DNA from: a virus
Reading direction: 5' to 3' (one strand)
Length of the DNA: 34,575 nt
IMG/VR virus record: IMGVR_UViG_3300035670_009674
Coordinates: 1-34,575 of that record
The notes beneath the pieces were generated by a model. The model was not told the DNA's origin and made no database searches. It was given only the letters and a program-made list of their open reading frames with translations. Position numbers and translations under genes: made by a program. Positions 32,835-34,575 of the stretch are shown piece by piece. Each line of letters begins with the position of its first letter. The stretch's first letter is position 1.

Positions 32835-33089
32835 ATGTCTTCTCAAAACGGCAATGTTAAATGGTGGCAACTGGTGTCAGTGGCTGTTGCTTTGTTCGGC
32901 GTGATGGTGACCTTGAGTATTTTTTTTGCGAGCAATGTCATTGCCAACGACCGACTGAGAGCGGCTGGGGATGAATACCTGAGAGAAAAAATCGAGTGTT
33001 TGCTGAAAGACAATATGAATCAGCACATGATTATCGTTAGGGACTTGCAAGAGATCAAAACGAGGATGGGGATTAAAAATGGGTCTTAA
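32835..33089 (+). CDS. Single-pass membrane protein (84 aa), holin/antiholin candidate
   Basis: TM segment WWQLVSVAVALFGVMVTLSIFFASNVI. Start may be ATG 32835 or 32802. Confidence 0.5.
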   Translation: MSSQNGNVKWWQLVSVAVALFGVMVTLSIFFASNVIANDRLRAAGDEYLREKIECLLKDNMNQHMIIVRDLQEIKTRMGIKNGS

Positions 33090-33384
33090 AGAATGGTTTA
33101 TCAAGCGGGCTGTTAAAAGCTGGCTCGATAAGCAAAAGAAAGGACAAACTAAAATGTGGAAAGCTCTTGAAAACAAGAAAAATTATGTTTGCTACGGACT
33201 GATCGCGGTATCAGCGATCGTGCAAATTCTGCAAGCGTTTCATGTTATTCCGAATGTAATGCCGGACGCTGCATACGGCTTGCTTGATGTGGTTTTCGCT
33301 TCTTTGGGTTTCGGCGCCCGAGCAGAGACTCAGACTAGGATCAACGCCGCATTGAAACAGCTTGGTCAAATCCAGGTGAAATAA
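33079..33384 (+). CDS. Two-TM membrane protein (101 aa), holin candidate
   Basis: TM segments YVCYGLIAVSAIVQILQAF and AAYGLLDVVFASLGFGA. GAGGATGGGG RBS. Confidence 0.5.
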   Translation: MGLKEWFIKRAVKSWLDKQKKGQTKMWKALENKKNYVCYGLIAVSAIVQILQAFHVIPNVMPDAAYGLLDVVFASLGFGARAETQTRINAALKQLGQIQVK

Positions 33385-33385
33385 C

Positions 33386-34012
33386 ATGAAAACTTTACAT
33401 AAGAATTTTCTTGTTAAAGTTTTCGGGCTTTTCTTTACATTGTGGATCCTGAGTGGATGTGCCACGACGAGCTATCTTCCAGCCCTAAGCAACGCGCACA
33501 GCTTCAAGGCGTCTGATTGCGATCTGGTCTATTCCGAGCATCTGCCGAACAATGTCGCCGCGCTCGCCGAGCAGTTCAATATGGTTGAATCACTCAGGAG
33601 GACGCTAGAGAAGAATCCTTCGCTGGCCGATAAGGTGTTGCCCTCCGGCGGGACCGTTGAGGCGCTTGGGAAGAATTCGGCCAATATCGGGCTCGGGCTG
33701 GCTTCGGTTGTTTCGGCCTTTAAGGACAATCTGAGCATTGCCTCGATCATCGGATCCACGGTTATGGGTGGGCTTTCGACGCTAGGGGATATGCGGTCTG
33801 AGGATAAGACCCAGCGCCGGGTGGATGTGTGCATGCCAAAGACGGCTGAGAATATCGTCTTTATCCACGGAGAAGATGTTTTGATTATCACCGGGAAGAA
33901 GGAAGTCTCACAGATGATCTCTGAGGCGAATCAGGCGCGGAAGATGAAGCCGGAGGTTAAGAAAGAGACTCTGACGGCTCCACCGGCGCCGACGATTCCG
34001 GTTAATTCGTAA
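33386..34012 (+). CDS. Lipoprotein (208 aa), function unknown
   Basis: Signal peptide with lipobox LSG-C (Cys25). Pro-rich C-terminus. Confidence 0.65.
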   Translation: MKTLHKNFLVKVFGLFFTLWILSGCATTSYLPALSNAHSFKASDCDLVYSEHLPNNVAALAEQFNMVESLRRTLEKNPSLADKVLPSGGTVEALGKNSANIGLGLASVVSAFKDNLSIASIIGSTVMGGLSTLGDMRSEDKTQRRVDVCMPKTAENIVFIHGEDVLIITGKKEVSQMISEANQARKMKPEVKKETLTAPPAPTIPVNS

Positions 34013-34052
34013 AATTTCCACTTCCCCCTAGTTGCTTGCGATTAGGGGACCC

Positions 34053-34090
34053 GAGCCGGGAGGCGAAAGCTTCCCGGCTCAACCTTTTAT
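34053..34090 (+). terminator. Rho-independent terminator at the end of the late operon
   Basis: GAGCCGGGAGGC-GAAA-GCTTCCCGGCTC: a 12-bp stem including one G:T wobble with a GAAA tetraloop, followed by AACCTTTTAT. Confidence 0.65.
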
Positions 34091-34146
34091 CCCTTGCGGT
34101 CGATAATCTCGTTAGTTATGATAACAGCAATTCAATGGTTCAAAAT

Positions 34147-34175
34147 TTGATTTCTTCAGATACGTCGGGTATATT
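34147..34175 (+). promoter_or_regulatory. Sigma70-type promoter TTGATT-N17-TATATT for the moron operon
   Basis: Hexamers at 34147-34152 and 34170-34175, about 20 nt upstream of the GGAGG RBS of the 34197 ORF. Confidence 0.55.
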
Positions 34176-34196
34176 TTCGGTATCGGAGGTTGCATA

Positions 34197-34445
34197 ATGG
34201 GTGAGTATCCAACAAGGGCAGGCAGGTTGTTCGCACGCCCGTCTTTTATCGAGGGAGCGGCCAGGGTAATAGACATGGGCTGCACTCTTACAGAATTCAA
34301 TCGAAATAAAACAGGCGAAGAAGCGGACCAGGCCGCAATTTTATCCGATTGGTATTCTATCGGAGACGACATGCGATCTGCGATCAGGACCTACACCCAC
34401 GAACAAGACCAAGAGGTCCAAAATAAACTTGTCGCAATCGCCTAA
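34197..34445 (+). CDS. Hypothetical 82-aa protein, first gene of the moron operon
   Basis: GGAGG lies 7 nt upstream of the ATG. Preferred over the antisense ORF 34112..34372, which lacks an RBS. Confidence 0.65.
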   Translation: MGEYPTRAGRLFARPSFIEGAARVIDMGCTLTEFNRNKTGEEADQAAILSDWYSIGDDMRSAIRTYTHEQDQEVQNKLVAIA

Positions 34446-34575
34446 TCAACATCATCCCCAAAAAGTTTCTGTTACAAAAACATTAGAAGTTACTTCCGGT
34501 CCGCTTCCCGCTCCTGCTATTTTAGAAAAGTATGAAGTCATAGTTCCAGGAGCGGCCGAAAGAATTTTTAAATTA
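34429..34575 (+). CDS. DUF2335-like membrane protein, N-terminal part (continues at nt 2..400 across the circular junction)
   Basis: The frame is open with no ATG. In-frame TTG 34429 gives LSQSPNQHHPQKVSVTKTLEVTSGPLP.., about 139 aa in total. The start codon is uncertain (CTG 34378 is also in frame). Confidence 0.5.
   Translation, partial: MSQSPNQHHPQKVSVTKTLEVTSGPLPAPAILEKYEVIVPGAAERIFKL

Larger units (their letters stand above)
1..34575. mobile_element. Complete temperate tailed-phage genome (siphovirus-like; HK97-type head, lambda-like tail tip), circularly closed contig
   Basis: Integrase, CI/Cro switch, replication genes, terminase/portal/protease/capsid and tail genes form one co-linear set. 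No tail sheath gene was recognised. Identical 127-nt ends close the circle. Confidence 0.85.

Noticed and set aside
34112-34372. 86-aa minus-strand ORF overlapping the 82-aa moron ORF
   Set aside because: The + strand ORF has a GGAGG RBS and an upstream promoter. The minus-strand ORF has neither and would run into the late-operon terminator.
34197-34575. The 82-aa ORF and the DUF2335-like ORF as one gene split by a frameshift (pseudogene)
   Set aside because: DUF2335 proteins normally have only a short N-terminal leader before SGPLP, which the TTG 34429 start provides. The 82-aa ORF has its own RBS and stop. This remains unverified without reads or homologues.

Overview
The window is a complete, circularly closed temperate tailed-phage genome. 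Its unique length is 34,448 bp, because nt 1-127 are identical to nt 34449-34575. Layout in order: (1) an attP-like region (400-610) with a tRNA-Ala/tmRNA-like 3' end flanked by arm-type direct repeats. (2) A minus-strand lysogeny operon (564-3053): HTH+S24 CI-like repressor, zinc-ribbon/bacterial-PH membrane protein, an 81-aa ORF and a tyrosine integrase. (3) A divergent early operon: Cro-like HTH, excisionase-type HTH, secreted RlpA-like DPBB protein, SNF2 helicase, VRR-NUC nuclease, two unknowns and a TOPRIM primase/P-loop helicase. It ends in an iteron-rich origin (9576-9880). (4) A block of small ORFs, including zinc ribbons. (5) A late operon: PMI-type cupin, HTH protein, small and large terminase, portal-MuF fusion, HK97-type prohead protease and major capsid, head-tail joining genes, tail tube, G/GT frameshift chaperone, tape measure, lambda-like M-L-K-(I)J tail tip and a discoidin-domain fibre. 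(6) Small membrane and lipoprotein ORFs. (7) A separately promoted two-gene moron (82-aa ORF plus DUF2335-like membrane protein) that crosses the window junction. The most unusual feature is a translationally coupled 4-gene cassette inserted between the major capsid and head-tail connector genes: a Rossmann-like ORF, a radical SAM/SPASM-like enzyme, a 45-aa Cys-rich ORF and a GT4 glycosyltransferase. A 37-nt repeat links this cassette to the cupin gene 6.5 kb upstream. I read it as a candidate virion/protein modification system. I saw no rRNA, no complete tRNA and no CRISPR array. All family assignments come from motif recognition by eye and need HMM or structure confirmation.
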